IMG/VR virus record: IMGVR_UViG_3300042691_038096
Coordinates: 999-64,998 of that record
Strand: one strand, 5' to 3'
DNA from: a virus
Taxonomy: Duplodnaviria; Caudoviricetes
DNA length: 64,000 nt
This document shows, in pieces, positions 1 through 6,701 of the stretch. Position 1 is the first letter of the stretch; each line of letters starts with the position of its first letter. Both the position numbers and the translations under genes were made by a program. Under the pieces are notes generated by a model that was given only the letters and a program-made list of their open reading frames with translations, had not been told where the DNA came from and did not search any database.

Positions 1-44
1 GGAGTTTTTGATCTAGCACTCCGGTTACCTAAAGGAAAGTGGTC

Positions 45-164
45 ATGAGCGATTGGCAAGGTAGGAGTAGAAAGCAGATTGAGGCTACTGAGCGGATTGT
101 ATTCTGGTCTCTGGTTGCCTTAGCGATTATTATTATTGGAATATTTATAGAATCAAAGATATGA
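45..164 (+). CDS. small membrane protein (39 aa, MSDWQGRSRKQIE...)
   Basis: Hand-translated ORF with one hydrophobic C-terminal helix; ATGA overlap with the next gene. Confidence 0.55.
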   Translation: MSDWQGRSRKQIEATERIVFWSLVALAIIIIGIFIESKI

Positions 165-352
165 AAAAGAAATGGATAAGTGGAGCTGCAGCTGGGATAA
201 GCGCGCTCCTTGCAGTTGGGTACGGTGGACTGGCTTGGGTAGATGCCCAACTAGGTAGTACCGGATTCACGTTTTGGTTACACCTCACGTGTGGACTAGG
301 TTGGACTCTAAATGCACTACTATGGATAAGTATATGGAAAAGAGAAGGCTAA
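161..352 (+). CDS. small membrane protein
   Basis: ORF track; two hydrophobic segments; part of a tightly overlapping gene chain. Confidence 0.6.
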   Translation: MKKKWISGAAAGISALLAVGYGGLAWVDAQLGSTGFTFWLHLTCGLGWTLNALLWISIWKREG

Positions 353-486
353 AAGCTGGGGAGGCTATTCTACTTGGAGTTATGTGGACCTGGCTGGGTT
401 TAATTTGTGTGGCACTGGCAGGTAGCGTGGTACTGGCCGCTGCCCAGATCATGGGAATAAATCTTAACCTATCATGGCTTGGCTAA
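334..486 (+). CDS. small membrane protein (probable start MEKRR)
   Basis: ORF 274..486 restarted at ATG 334 to reduce overlap; single TM helix. Confidence 0.55.
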   Translation: MEKRRLKAGEAILLGVMWTWLGLICVALAGSVVLAAAQIMGINLNLSWLG

Positions 487-680
487 AGAGACTTTGGAAT
501 TGGTGGCGACTCCGCAAGGCAGTACGCCAATTTAAGGAGGATATGGATAGTGGAGTTTGGGGCGACCCCTATGATGGATGGTACCCAGACTATCCATTTA
601 CTGAGAGGCGAGTAGAAAAGAGAGGCAAGGGAGTAGTGGAACCGGCTCCAGACAAGCATGCGAGGGATGAAGAGGAATAG
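474..680 (+). CDS. hypothetical protein
   Basis: ORF track, chained overlap. Confidence 0.55.
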   Translation: MAWLKRLWNWWRLRKAVRQFKEDMDSGVWGDPYDGWYPDYPFTERRVEKRGKGVVEPAPDKHARDEEE

Positions 681-747
681 AGGCTCTATGTGCTGCCAAT
701 GTGCGACTGCCACGGGAAAAATGTGCTACAGACTAAAAGACTAAAAG

Positions 748-1038
748 ATGAAACACGAAACTAAATACCGGATTATTAAACGCGAGTGGTTTAATGAACA
801 GGCCCAAATTGAGATGGAGAGGTGGCTGGTACAAAGGGAGGTTAAACTACCTTTTGGACTAAGTTGGTGGAAGACCTTTAAACATGAAGTAATTTCAATA
901 AGCGGCTTATCTTCTACTGCACTTACATTCAGAAGTTTTGGAGATGCCCATGCATTTGTTCATAGACTTAAAGCTGGTTATAAAATTAATAGAACCGTTG
1001 ATACGGTAGATGCCGTATTAGAATTTGAAAAAGAATGA
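748..1038 (+). CDS. hypothetical phage protein
   Basis: ORF track; KYRII...W pattern typical of small phage early proteins. Confidence 0.65.
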   Translation: MKHETKYRIIKREWFNEQAQIEMERWLVQREVKLPFGLSWWKTFKHEVISISGLSSTALTFRSFGDAHAFVHRLKAGYKINRTVDTVDAVLEFEKE

Positions 1039-1580
1039 GCAAACAGTATACCGTAAAGGAAAGCGACCGGCTAAATCCACTATCAGAGTTACCGGGTGGT
1101 AGCGTGGTTGAAGTATTCTATGATGGGTACTCAACACGATACGACAGGATTAAGTATCCAAGATCTTATGTACTTAAGATATGGGAGAGTAATAGTCGTA
1201 CTGATATATCTAGGATTGAGGTCGATGGAAAACCCATTGCAATAAAAGGAGGAGATGTTTATTGGCTTACACCTAAACATCCATTTGATACAGAATCCGT
1301 TGAGGTATCAACCAACGGAGAACCTACCGTTAAGAGAAGTCCAGAAGAAGAAGCCAAAAAACTACAAAGGCAATTCTACTATTCACTGCCTAATAACGGA
1401 AGACATGACGGTCTTAACTCGATTCCGAGTAGATGGTCAGAAAGTATTCGCTGTGCAATTATTGCCGTTGAGTACTATATTGATTGTTCACAAGATCATG
1501 AGTACTGGAAAGAAGTCCTTATCTATTTGGAAAGAATGGAAGCCGAGGACAACTTAAAAGACGATGATCTTCCTTTCTAA
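1035..1580 (+). CDS. hypothetical protein with SSB-like acidic C-terminal tail (DDDLPF)
   Basis: ORF track; ends KDDDLPF. Confidence 0.7.
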   Translation: MSKQYTVKESDRLNPLSELPGGSVVEVFYDGYSTRYDRIKYPRSYVLKIWESNSRTDISRIEVDGKPIAIKGGDVYWLTPKHPFDTESVEVSTNGEPTVKRSPEEEAKKLQRQFYYSLPNNGRHDGLNSIPSRWSESIRCAIIAVEYYIDCSQDHEYWKEVLIYLERMEAEDNLKDDDLPF

Positions 1581-1603
1581 TCATTAATCATTAACCAGAC
1601 AAA

Positions 1604-1828
1604 ATGGAAAAGAATCCCTATTTTGTTACTGCTCCTCAGACTGGAGTGGTTTACAAACTTTGGACACTTCCCCAAGGAACCCAGGTTCAACGCCAGGGTT
1701 TAGCTGTAGATGGTCGCCTAGCCGAAACATTTACAGTGACAAAGCAAAATGGTACCTTTGCCGATTGCAAAACAACTTGGGGTTACGAGTTCTACTTGGA
1801 TGCTTCTCTTGATGTAATTGCATCCTAA
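1604..1828 (+). CDS. hypothetical protein
   Basis: ORF track; A-rich leader. Confidence 0.6.
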   Translation: MEKNPYFVTAPQTGVVYKLWTLPQGTQVQRQGLAVDGRLAETFTVTKQNGTFADCKTTWGYEFYLDASLDVIAS

Positions 1829-1835
1829 GAGAGCC

Positions 1836-1908
1836 GCTCCTGTAGCTCAATGGTTAGAGCAGGATCCTTATACGATCAAGGTTATGGGTTCGAGTCCCGT
1901 CAGGAGTA
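1836..1908 (+). tRNA. tRNA-Ile (anticodon TAT/UAU)
   Basis: Acceptor GCTCCTG/CAGGAGT, D arm TAGCTCAATGGTTAGAGC, anticodon loop CTTATAC in stem GATC/GATC, T loop GGTTCGAGTCC; no encoded CCA. Confidence 0.9.
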
Positions 1909-1926
1909 CATGAGATATATAACTAT

Positions 1927-2550
1927 ATGTTAGAACAATTCAAAAGTATATTAGAAAAAGAAGCTTCAGCGATTTCTAACATTCCTATTACTGATAGCTA
2001 TGACCAGGCAGTTTCTCTTATCTTAAAGAGAGTACACAAAGATGGCGGTAAACTTATATGTAGTGGGATGGGAAAAGCTGGACAGATTGCAGTAAACATT
2101 GCAACCACATTTAGCTCAACCGGAACACCGGCTGTTTATCTTCATCCAAGTGAAGCTCAACATGGAGACTTAGGCATTCTTCAAAAGAACGATATTATGC
2201 TACTTATTTCAAACAGTGGTAAGACTCGTGAAATTGTTGAACTAATTAATCTCGCTAAGAACCTCTATGATGACATTCCTATTATATGCATAACAAGGAA
2301 TGCCTATTCAGGCTTAGGCGAATCATCTGATGTAACTCTATTGACTGGAGAGACAGAGGAAATATGTCCTCTTGGATTAACACCTACCGTATCAACAACA
2401 GTAATGTCCGTGATTGGTGATTGCCTAGTTTATGGAGTTATGAAGGCAATAGGTTTTACAAATGCCGAATATGCAAAGAGACATCATAGTGGATATCTTG
2501 GATATAAAAGCAGGAGAGGAACTGGCGTTGACAATCACTTGTGGGAATAA
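1927..2550 (+). CDS. kdsD: arabinose-5-phosphate isomerase (SIS-only KdsD/GutQ family)
   Basis: Motifs SGMGKAG, STGTPA, HPSEAQHGDLG, SNSGKT, PLGLTPT, HHSGYLG; no CBS domains. Confidence 0.9.
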   Translation: MLEQFKSILEKEASAISNIPITDSYDQAVSLILKRVHKDGGKLICSGMGKAGQIAVNIATTFSSTGTPAVYLHPSEAQHGDLGILQKNDIMLLISNSGKTREIVELINLAKNLYDDIPIICITRNAYSGLGESSDVTLLTGETEEICPLGLTPTVSTTVMSVIGDCLVYGVMKAIGFTNAEYAKRHHSGYLGYKSRRGTGVDNHLWE

Positions 2551-2575
2551 ACTAAATGCTAAATAAACATATAAA
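2549..2575 (+). promoter_or_regulatory. putative phage 'middle' promoter AAAC-N17-TATAAA
   Basis: Same bipartite motif with a 17-18 nt spacer at 4246, 7809, 15942, 24663, 53044 and (minus strand) 52747. Confidence 0.65.
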
Positions 2576-2589
2576 AATAAATTGAAGTT

Positions 2590-2877
2590 ATGATCATTGA
2601 AGATAAAGCAGAATTAAAGAGTGGGAAGGTACTCATCGACTTCTGGGCAGAATGGTGCGGTCCTTGTAGAATTACAAAACCTAGAATTGAAAATCTCGGT
2701 AATGAAACCGAGGATCTTAAAGTATATTTTTGTAATGTAGATTCTGATAGTGAAATGGCTAGTGCATTTGGTATTAGAAGCATTCCTACTCTTGTTTATC
2801 TTGAGGATGGTGAAGTTAAGAATCGTAGTGTTGGGGTATTAAGTGATCAACAGCTTGCTGAGTTAATTAATCCATAA
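2590..2877 (+). CDS. trxA: thioredoxin
   Basis: DFWAEWCGPC active site; cis-Pro motif IRSIPT. Confidence 0.95.
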   Translation: MIIEDKAELKSGKVLIDFWAEWCGPCRITKPRIENLGNETEDLKVYFCNVDSDSEMASAFGIRSIPTLVYLEDGEVKNRSVGVLSDQQLAELINP

Positions 2878-3056
2878 TGACTTTTACAAACATACTACTT
2901 TTATATCTTACAGTAGGCACCGTGTGTGCTATGTGTTTTGAGATCTTAATGAAAAAGTTTGATCTATCAGAAGACACAGGCATTATTGAACGATTTACAT
3001 GGATCGCGTTATGGCCTTACTATGTTTTAATATTTTTTTGGGGAATGAGAAAATAA
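2877..3056 (+). CDS. small membrane protein (59 aa)
   Basis: Hand-translated MTFTNILLLYL...WPYYVLIFFWGMRK; TAATG overlap with thioredoxin stop. Confidence 0.6.
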   Translation: MTFTNILLLYLTVGTVCAMCFEILMKKFDLSEDTGIIERFTWIALWPYYVLIFFWGMRK

Positions 3057-3059
3057 ATC

Positions 3060-3089
3060 TTTCAGAACCTTAATTGGCCTGTTATATTT
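3060..3089 (+). promoter_or_regulatory. putative early promoter TTTCA-N18-TATATTT
   Basis: Identical spacing at 5376-5405 and 11066-11095; TATATTT resembles the Bacteroidota -7 element TAnnTTTG. Confidence 0.6.
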
Positions 3090-3112
3090 TTTCTATAACA
3101 AATAAAAATAAA

Positions 3113-3400
3113 ATGAGTAACACCACAGTACAAGATTTTGAAATGTTTACCCCAGCCGGTAATCGTGCATGTCAACGTTTGGTAGACAATATTACTAAAA
3201 AGATTCATTCAAAGCGTAGGTATACTGCCGAGGAATTTTCTCAAATGCTTGAGGAAGGTCAATCTGCAATTGCTAAAACTTATGGAGAAATTTATGACTC
3301 CGAACCTCGTGTTCATATCGCTCATCTACTTTCAAAGGAGTTAAAGAAAGCCGGATACGGTTTCTATTTTGATTATTTCCAAGACATTCAAACTGCTTAA
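3113..3400 (+). CDS. hypothetical protein
   Basis: ORF track, restarted at ATG 3113 downstream of the promoter motif. Confidence 0.7.
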   Translation: MSNTTVQDFEMFTPAGNRACQRLVDNITKKIHSKRRYTAEEFSQMLEEGQSAIAKTYGEIYDSEPRVHIAHLLSKELKKAGYGFYFDYFQDIQTA

Positions 3401-3401
3401 T

Positions 3402-3623
3402 ATGAAAGATAAATATCCAATATTTGCCGTTAGCCTATTACTGTTTTTAGGACTCGTAGTACTATCTGTCATTATGGCGTGGCCAACACAATTCTTATGG
3501 AACACATGTTTGGTTCCTGCTGTAACATTTGCAAAACATATCGGTTTTTGGCAGGCATTTGGCATAAACCTATTGGCATCTATTTTATTCAAGGCAAGCT
3601 CTGCTTCTAAATCTAAATCATAA
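3402..3623 (+). CDS. small membrane protein
   Basis: Hydrophobic; LWN...IGFWQAFG pattern common in phage small membrane proteins. Confidence 0.7.
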   Translation: MKDKYPIFAVSLLLFLGLVVLSVIMAWPTQFLWNTCLVPAVTFAKHIGFWQAFGINLLASILFKASSASKSKS

Positions 3624-3805
3624 TGGATATCTTTGAAATTACACCACAACAAGAAGCCCAATGGATTGAAGAAATTCTTCAAGAAGCATCTGCACATGGC
3701 TTACGTCAAGAAGTAATTGAATGTGCCAATAAATACATGGATGAAGATCCCCAAATGGACAAGATCGTTGCATACCAATTAGCCCACATGGAATGGATTA
3801 AATAA
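3623..3805 (+). CDS. hypothetical protein
   Basis: ORF track; TAATG overlap. Confidence 0.65.
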   Translation: MDIFEITPQQEAQWIEEILQEASAHGLRQEVIECANKYMDEDPQMDKIVAYQLAHMEWIK

Positions 3806-3811
3806 TCTTCT

Positions 3812-3900
3812 GCCGCCTTGGTGAAACAGGTAGACACAAGGGACTTAAAATCCCTCGACCCGAAACGGTCGTGCCGGTTCGATTCCGGCAGGCGGTACCA
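3812..3900 (+). tRNA. tRNA-Leu (anticodon TAA)
   Basis: Acceptor GCCGCCT/AGGCGGT plus ACCA; anticodon arm AGGGA-CTTAAAA-TCCCT; long variable arm; GGTTCGATTCC. Confidence 0.95.
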
Positions 3901-3903
3901 CTT

Positions 3904-3975
3904 GCCCTCATAGTTAAATGGATATAACAGTAGCCTTCTAAGCTTCTATTCCAGGTTCGATTCCTGGTGAGGGTA
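3904..3975 (+). tRNA. tRNA-Arg (anticodon TCT)
   Basis: Acceptor GCCCTCA/TGAGGGT; anticodon loop CTTCTAA; T arm CCAGG-TTCGATT-CCTGG. Confidence 0.9.
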
Positions 3976-3995
3976 CAAAACTAAATCTAAATAAT

Positions 3996-4247
3996 ATGTT
4001 TAAAACTGGCGACAAAGTAACATGGGTTCAGAAGGATACGATTATTCCTCACCCACAAGGTAGAACTGACCGTGAAGGTAACATCCTTCCTGTATTTGGT
4101 GACAAGGTAATGAATGGTCGAATTATTGACTGTCTTAATAAAAAGTATCAGGTTAGACCTGACTGGGCAGAGCAATATAAAGATGAGATCTGCGGTGCTC
4201 ATTACTATGACAAATATATTAAGGCAGAGGAATTAAGTTTACTGTAA
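3996..4247 (+). CDS. hypothetical protein (FKTGDKV, SH3/KOW-like start)
   Basis: ORF track. Confidence 0.65.
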   Translation: MFKTGDKVTWVQKDTIIPHPQGRTDREGNILPVFGDKVMNGRIIDCLNKKYQVRPDWAEQYKDEICGAHYYDKYIKAEELSLL

Positions 4248-4273
4248 ACAAAGTAATATCTTTACAATATAAA
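4246..4273 (+). promoter_or_regulatory. putative middle promoter AAAC-N18-TATAAA
   Basis: Motif family match. Confidence 0.65.
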
Positions 4274-4279
4274 TATACC

Positions 4280-4296
4280 GACTGCCGTTCTTTGAC
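4280..4296 (+). promoter_or_regulatory. boxA-like sequence; 5' strand of a long-range RNA stem pairing with 4669-4686
   Basis: GACTGCCGTTCTTTGAC is complementary, with two G.U pairs and one bulge, to GTCAAAAGAATGGTAGTC just before tRNA-Gly. Confidence 0.6.
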
Positions 4297-4314
4297 ATAA
4301 AAATAAAGACTACT

Positions 4315-4665
4315 ATGGAAACATTCTATTTTATGCTAGGTGGGCTCACGGTGCTAACACTCGTTTGTGTTGTGGGTTTGGTTAGTATGTTAAAACAGAT
4401 AAAAACGCTATCCCTTGAAAAAGATCAATTGTGGAATGCAATTGATAATCTTAACCGTGATCTAGGTACTGACATTGAAAGAGTACATAGCCACGTTAAT
4501 GAAGCTATCAATGATATGAATATTCGTATTGATGCAACTGATAGAGAACTTAATGATCAACTGTTTGAAGTTAATCGTTCAATAGATTCTAGGTTGGATA
4601 AACTTGAGAATCGTTTAATAAACATGTATAACGAAGGCTGTAAACCAGTCAAAGAAAAACAATAA
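4315..4665 (+). CDS. membrane-anchored coiled-coil protein
   Basis: N-terminal TM helix, heptad repeats, IDSRLDKLE. Confidence 0.75.
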   Translation: METFYFMLGGLTVLTLVCVVGLVSMLKQIKTLSLEKDQLWNAIDNLNRDLGTDIERVHSHVNEAINDMNIRIDATDRELNDQLFEVNRSIDSRLDKLENRLINMYNEGCKPVKEKQ

Positions 4666-4687
4666 CCAGTCAAAAGAATGGTAGTCC

Positions 4688-4760
4688 GCGGAAGTAGCTC
4701 AGTTGGTAGAGCGATAGCCTTCCAAGCTATAGGTCGCGAGTTCGAACCTCGTCTTCCGCT
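4688..4760 (+). tRNA. tRNA-Gly (anticodon TCC)
   Basis: Acceptor GCGGAAG/CTTCCGC, discriminator T; anticodon arm ATAGC-CTTCCAA-GCTAT. Confidence 0.95.
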
Positions 4761-4804
4761 CAATGGACATGGTGTCCAGATTAAAACAAAAAAAAACAAA
4801 AGCT

Positions 4805-4978
4805 ATGAAGAAATTCTTTGCAATCATGATCGCCGTTAGCGTATTCGCTTTGGCTTCATGCGGTGGTAACGCCGACACTGCTGTTTCTGGTGGAGCTGAC
4901 TCAACTGCAGTTGATACAACTGCCGTTGTTGACACAACCGCTCTTGAAACCCCAGCTGATACAACTGCTACCAAGTAA
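4805..4978 (+). CDS. small lipoprotein with Bacteroidota-type D-S/T repeats
   Basis: Signal peptide II MKKFFAIMIAVSVFALASC (lipobox LASC); DTA/DST/DTT repeats. Confidence 0.8.
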   Translation: MKKFFAIMIAVSVFALASCGGNADTAVSGGADSTAVDTTAVVDTTALETPADTTATK

Positions 4979-4990
4979 TTGTATTAGTGT

Positions 4991-5064
4991 GCCATGTAAA
5001 GCCTCTTATGGGTAAGCCCATAATGTAACATGCCTCCGTAACCGAAAGGGTACGCCGGAGGTTT
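4991..5064 (+). ncRNA. putative structured RNA (two hairpins, one GAAA-capped)
   Basis: TTATGGG-TAAG-CCCATAA inside CATGT/ACATG; CCTC.CGTAACC-GAAA-GGGTACG.CCG.GAGG; GC-rich against AT-rich background. Confidence 0.45.
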
Positions 5065-5066
5065 AA

Positions 5067-5155
5067 GTGGGAGTAGCTCAGTGGCAGAGCAAGTTAGAAA
5101 GCTGGGACGCTGGCTTCTGACCGTGACGCGATAGGTTCGATCCCTGCCTCCCACT
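5067..5155 (+). ncRNA. tRNA-like RNA with elongated anticodon arm and no canonical anticodon loop
   Basis: Acceptor GTGGGAG/CTCCCAC, TA, D arm GCTC-AGTGGCA-GAGC, T loop GGTTCGATCC; anticodon arm replaced by a ~12-bp stem with a 4-nt loop. Confidence 0.7.
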
Positions 5156-5169
5156 CTAATAAATATACC

Positions 5170-5370
5170 ATGATTATTATAAACAAAGAACATGGTGACT
5201 CAATTGATCGTATGCTGAAAAGATACAAGAAAAAATCTATTCAGTATAAAGTCATTGATGAACTTAAAGAAAGGAAGACCTTTACTAAACCTTCTGTTAA
5301 GAAAAGAGAAAAGGTACTTAAGGCAATTTTTCGCCAAAAGGTTAAATCATCCAGAGAAAAAGATTCATAA
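5170..5370 (+). CDS. rpsU: 30S ribosomal protein bS21 (Bacteroidota type)
   Basis: GDSIDRMLKRYKKK...ELKERKTFTKPSVKKRE signature. Confidence 0.93.
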   Translation: MIIINKEHGDSIDRMLKRYKKKSIQYKVIDELKERKTFTKPSVKKREKVLKAIFRQKVKSSREKDS

Positions 5371-5375
5371 GACTC

Positions 5376-5405
5376 TTTCAGTTTTACAATTTACTTGTTA
5401 TATTT
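5376..5405 (+). promoter_or_regulatory. putative early promoter TTTCA-N18-TATATTT
   Basis: Motif family match. Confidence 0.6.
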
Positions 5406-5430
5406 TTTTCGTAACAATTAAAAATACGGA

Positions 5431-5901
5431 ATGAATAAACAAACTGTAATCTTTGATCTTGACGGTACTATTGCTGACATTGAAGATCGTCGTATATTAT
5501 CTACCAAGTCTGATGGTAAGATTAATTGGTCAAAGTTTTTTGATCCAGACTACATTTCATTGGATAAGCCTAACCTTCCTGTAATTGAATGTACACAGGG
5601 TCTTAAAAAATTAGGCTATACAATTTTAATCCTATCAGGTCGCAGTGAAGCAACTAAGGAAGCCACCATTGACTGGCTAAATACCAATGGTGTTTCTTTT
5701 GATGAGATTCGTATGAGACCAACCGTTCACCCATTTCAATATATGCCGGATAATAAATTAAAGCAACTTTGGTTGGATGAAATGTTTCCTGGCAGTAAGA
5801 AGGAGTCAATCCTTTGCGTATTTGATGACCGCGATAAGGTGGTAAATATGTGGAGAGAAAACGGATTAATCTGTTTTCAGGTAGCACCCGGTAATTTCTA
5901 A
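5431..5901 (+). CDS. HAD phosphatase, similar to the T4 PseT/PNKP 3'-phosphatase domain
   Basis: FDLDGT, LSGR, DNKLK, FDDRDKVVNMWRENGLICFQVAPGNF. Confidence 0.9.
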   Translation: MNKQTVIFDLDGTIADIEDRRILSTKSDGKINWSKFFDPDYISLDKPNLPVIECTQGLKKLGYTILILSGRSEATKEATIDWLNTNGVSFDEIRMRPTVHPFQYMPDNKLKQLWLDEMFPGSKKESILCVFDDRDKVVNMWRENGLICFQVAPGNF

Positions 5902-5911
5902 ACAATCATAT

Positions 5912-6103
5912 ATGAATAAAAAGTTATACTTAGGCGATGGATATCTTGGTGGTGTATGCGCAGGGTTAGGTGAATGGTCAGGAATACCTCCTATCCTTTG
6001 GCGGATTGCATTTATCTTTATATTCCCTTATGCCTTTTGGATCTATTTAGTACTTTGGTTCTTTGTTAAATATAAGCCTAATGAAAATGAAAACAATCAA
6101 TAA
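5912..6103 (+). CDS. PspC domain membrane protein
   Basis: KKLY...LGGVCAGLGE...RIAF...IYLVLW. Confidence 0.88.
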   Translation: MNKKLYLGDGYLGGVCAGLGEWSGIPPILWRIAFIFIFPYAFWIYLVLWFFVKYKPNENENNQ

Positions 6104-6701
6104 AATCCTTTTTGGAACAAAACGTGCAATGTTATGCATCTATGATCGTGACCGATTAGTTCATTATCCAATCAGTAAGCTTAGACTTACATTTTTATCA
6201 ATCATAATTCTATCTGCGGTTTCATTTGCATCCGTGATCTATGGAAGATATACAGAGAAGGATAAAATGATTAAAGGGTTGACCGAATATGAAAAGCTTG
6301 TTATTGTTAAACAGGCAGACCCTTTTAGTAAAGAAGCATTAGCTGCAATGTTAAAGGAGCTTAATGTAAAATATCCTCATATAGTTATGGCCCAGTCAAT
6401 AATTGAAACTGGCCGTTGGAGAAGTAAAGTCTTTTTAGAAAATAATAACCTCTTTGGAATGAAAGAAGCTAACCTAAGGGTTTCAACTTCTAAAGGTACG
6501 CAATTAAATCATGCATACTATAATCATTGGAGAGAAAGTGTTTATGACTATGCCTTTTACCAATGTAGGTATTTAGGAGGAATTAATTCTGAGGCAGAGT
6601 ATTACCAATATCTTGATGGAAGCTACGCCGAAGCATCGGATTATGTAGCTGTCATCAAAAAGACGGTAGAAGCCGAAGGCTTAAAAGATCTCTTTAACTA
6701 A
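6081..6701 (+). CDS. GH73-like glucosaminidase / peptidoglycan hydrolase with N-terminal TM anchor
   Basis: AQSIIETG, NNLFGMK, YAEASDY motifs; hydrophobic segment LTFLSIIILSAVSFASVIY. Confidence 0.82.
   Translation: MKMKTINKILFGTKRAMLCIYDRDRLVHYPISKLRLTFLSIIILSAVSFASVIYGRYTEKDKMIKGLTEYEKLVIVKQADPFSKEALAAMLKELNVKYPHIVMAQSIIETGRWRSKVFLENNNLFGMKEANLRVSTSKGTQLNHAYYNHWRESVYDYAFYQCRYLGGINSEAEYYQYLDGSYAEASDYVAVIKKTVEAEGLKDLFN

Noticed and set aside
4788-4797. Poly-A tract before the lipoprotein gene as a slippage switch
   Set aside because: Lies upstream of the likely ATG (4805); A-rich leaders are the norm in this genome
4991-5064. Twister, hammerhead or theta (HDV-like) ribozyme next to tRNAs
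   Set aside because: Conserved cores (e.g. CUGAUGA/GAAA, twister UAA..GAGGG pseudoknots) not recognisable; kept only as a generic structured RNA
5110-5125. Reading the tRNA-like RNA as tRNA-Arg via loop CTTCTGA
   Set aside because: Only 2-3 closing base pairs and wrong position relative to the D arm; the 12-bp extended stem is much better supported
4557-5193. Minus-strand ORFs 4557..4799, 4699..4974 and 4984..5193
   Set aside because: Antisense shadows of tRNA-Gly, the lipoprotein and the tRNA-like RNA (typical GRRGSNSRP antisense-tRNA translation)
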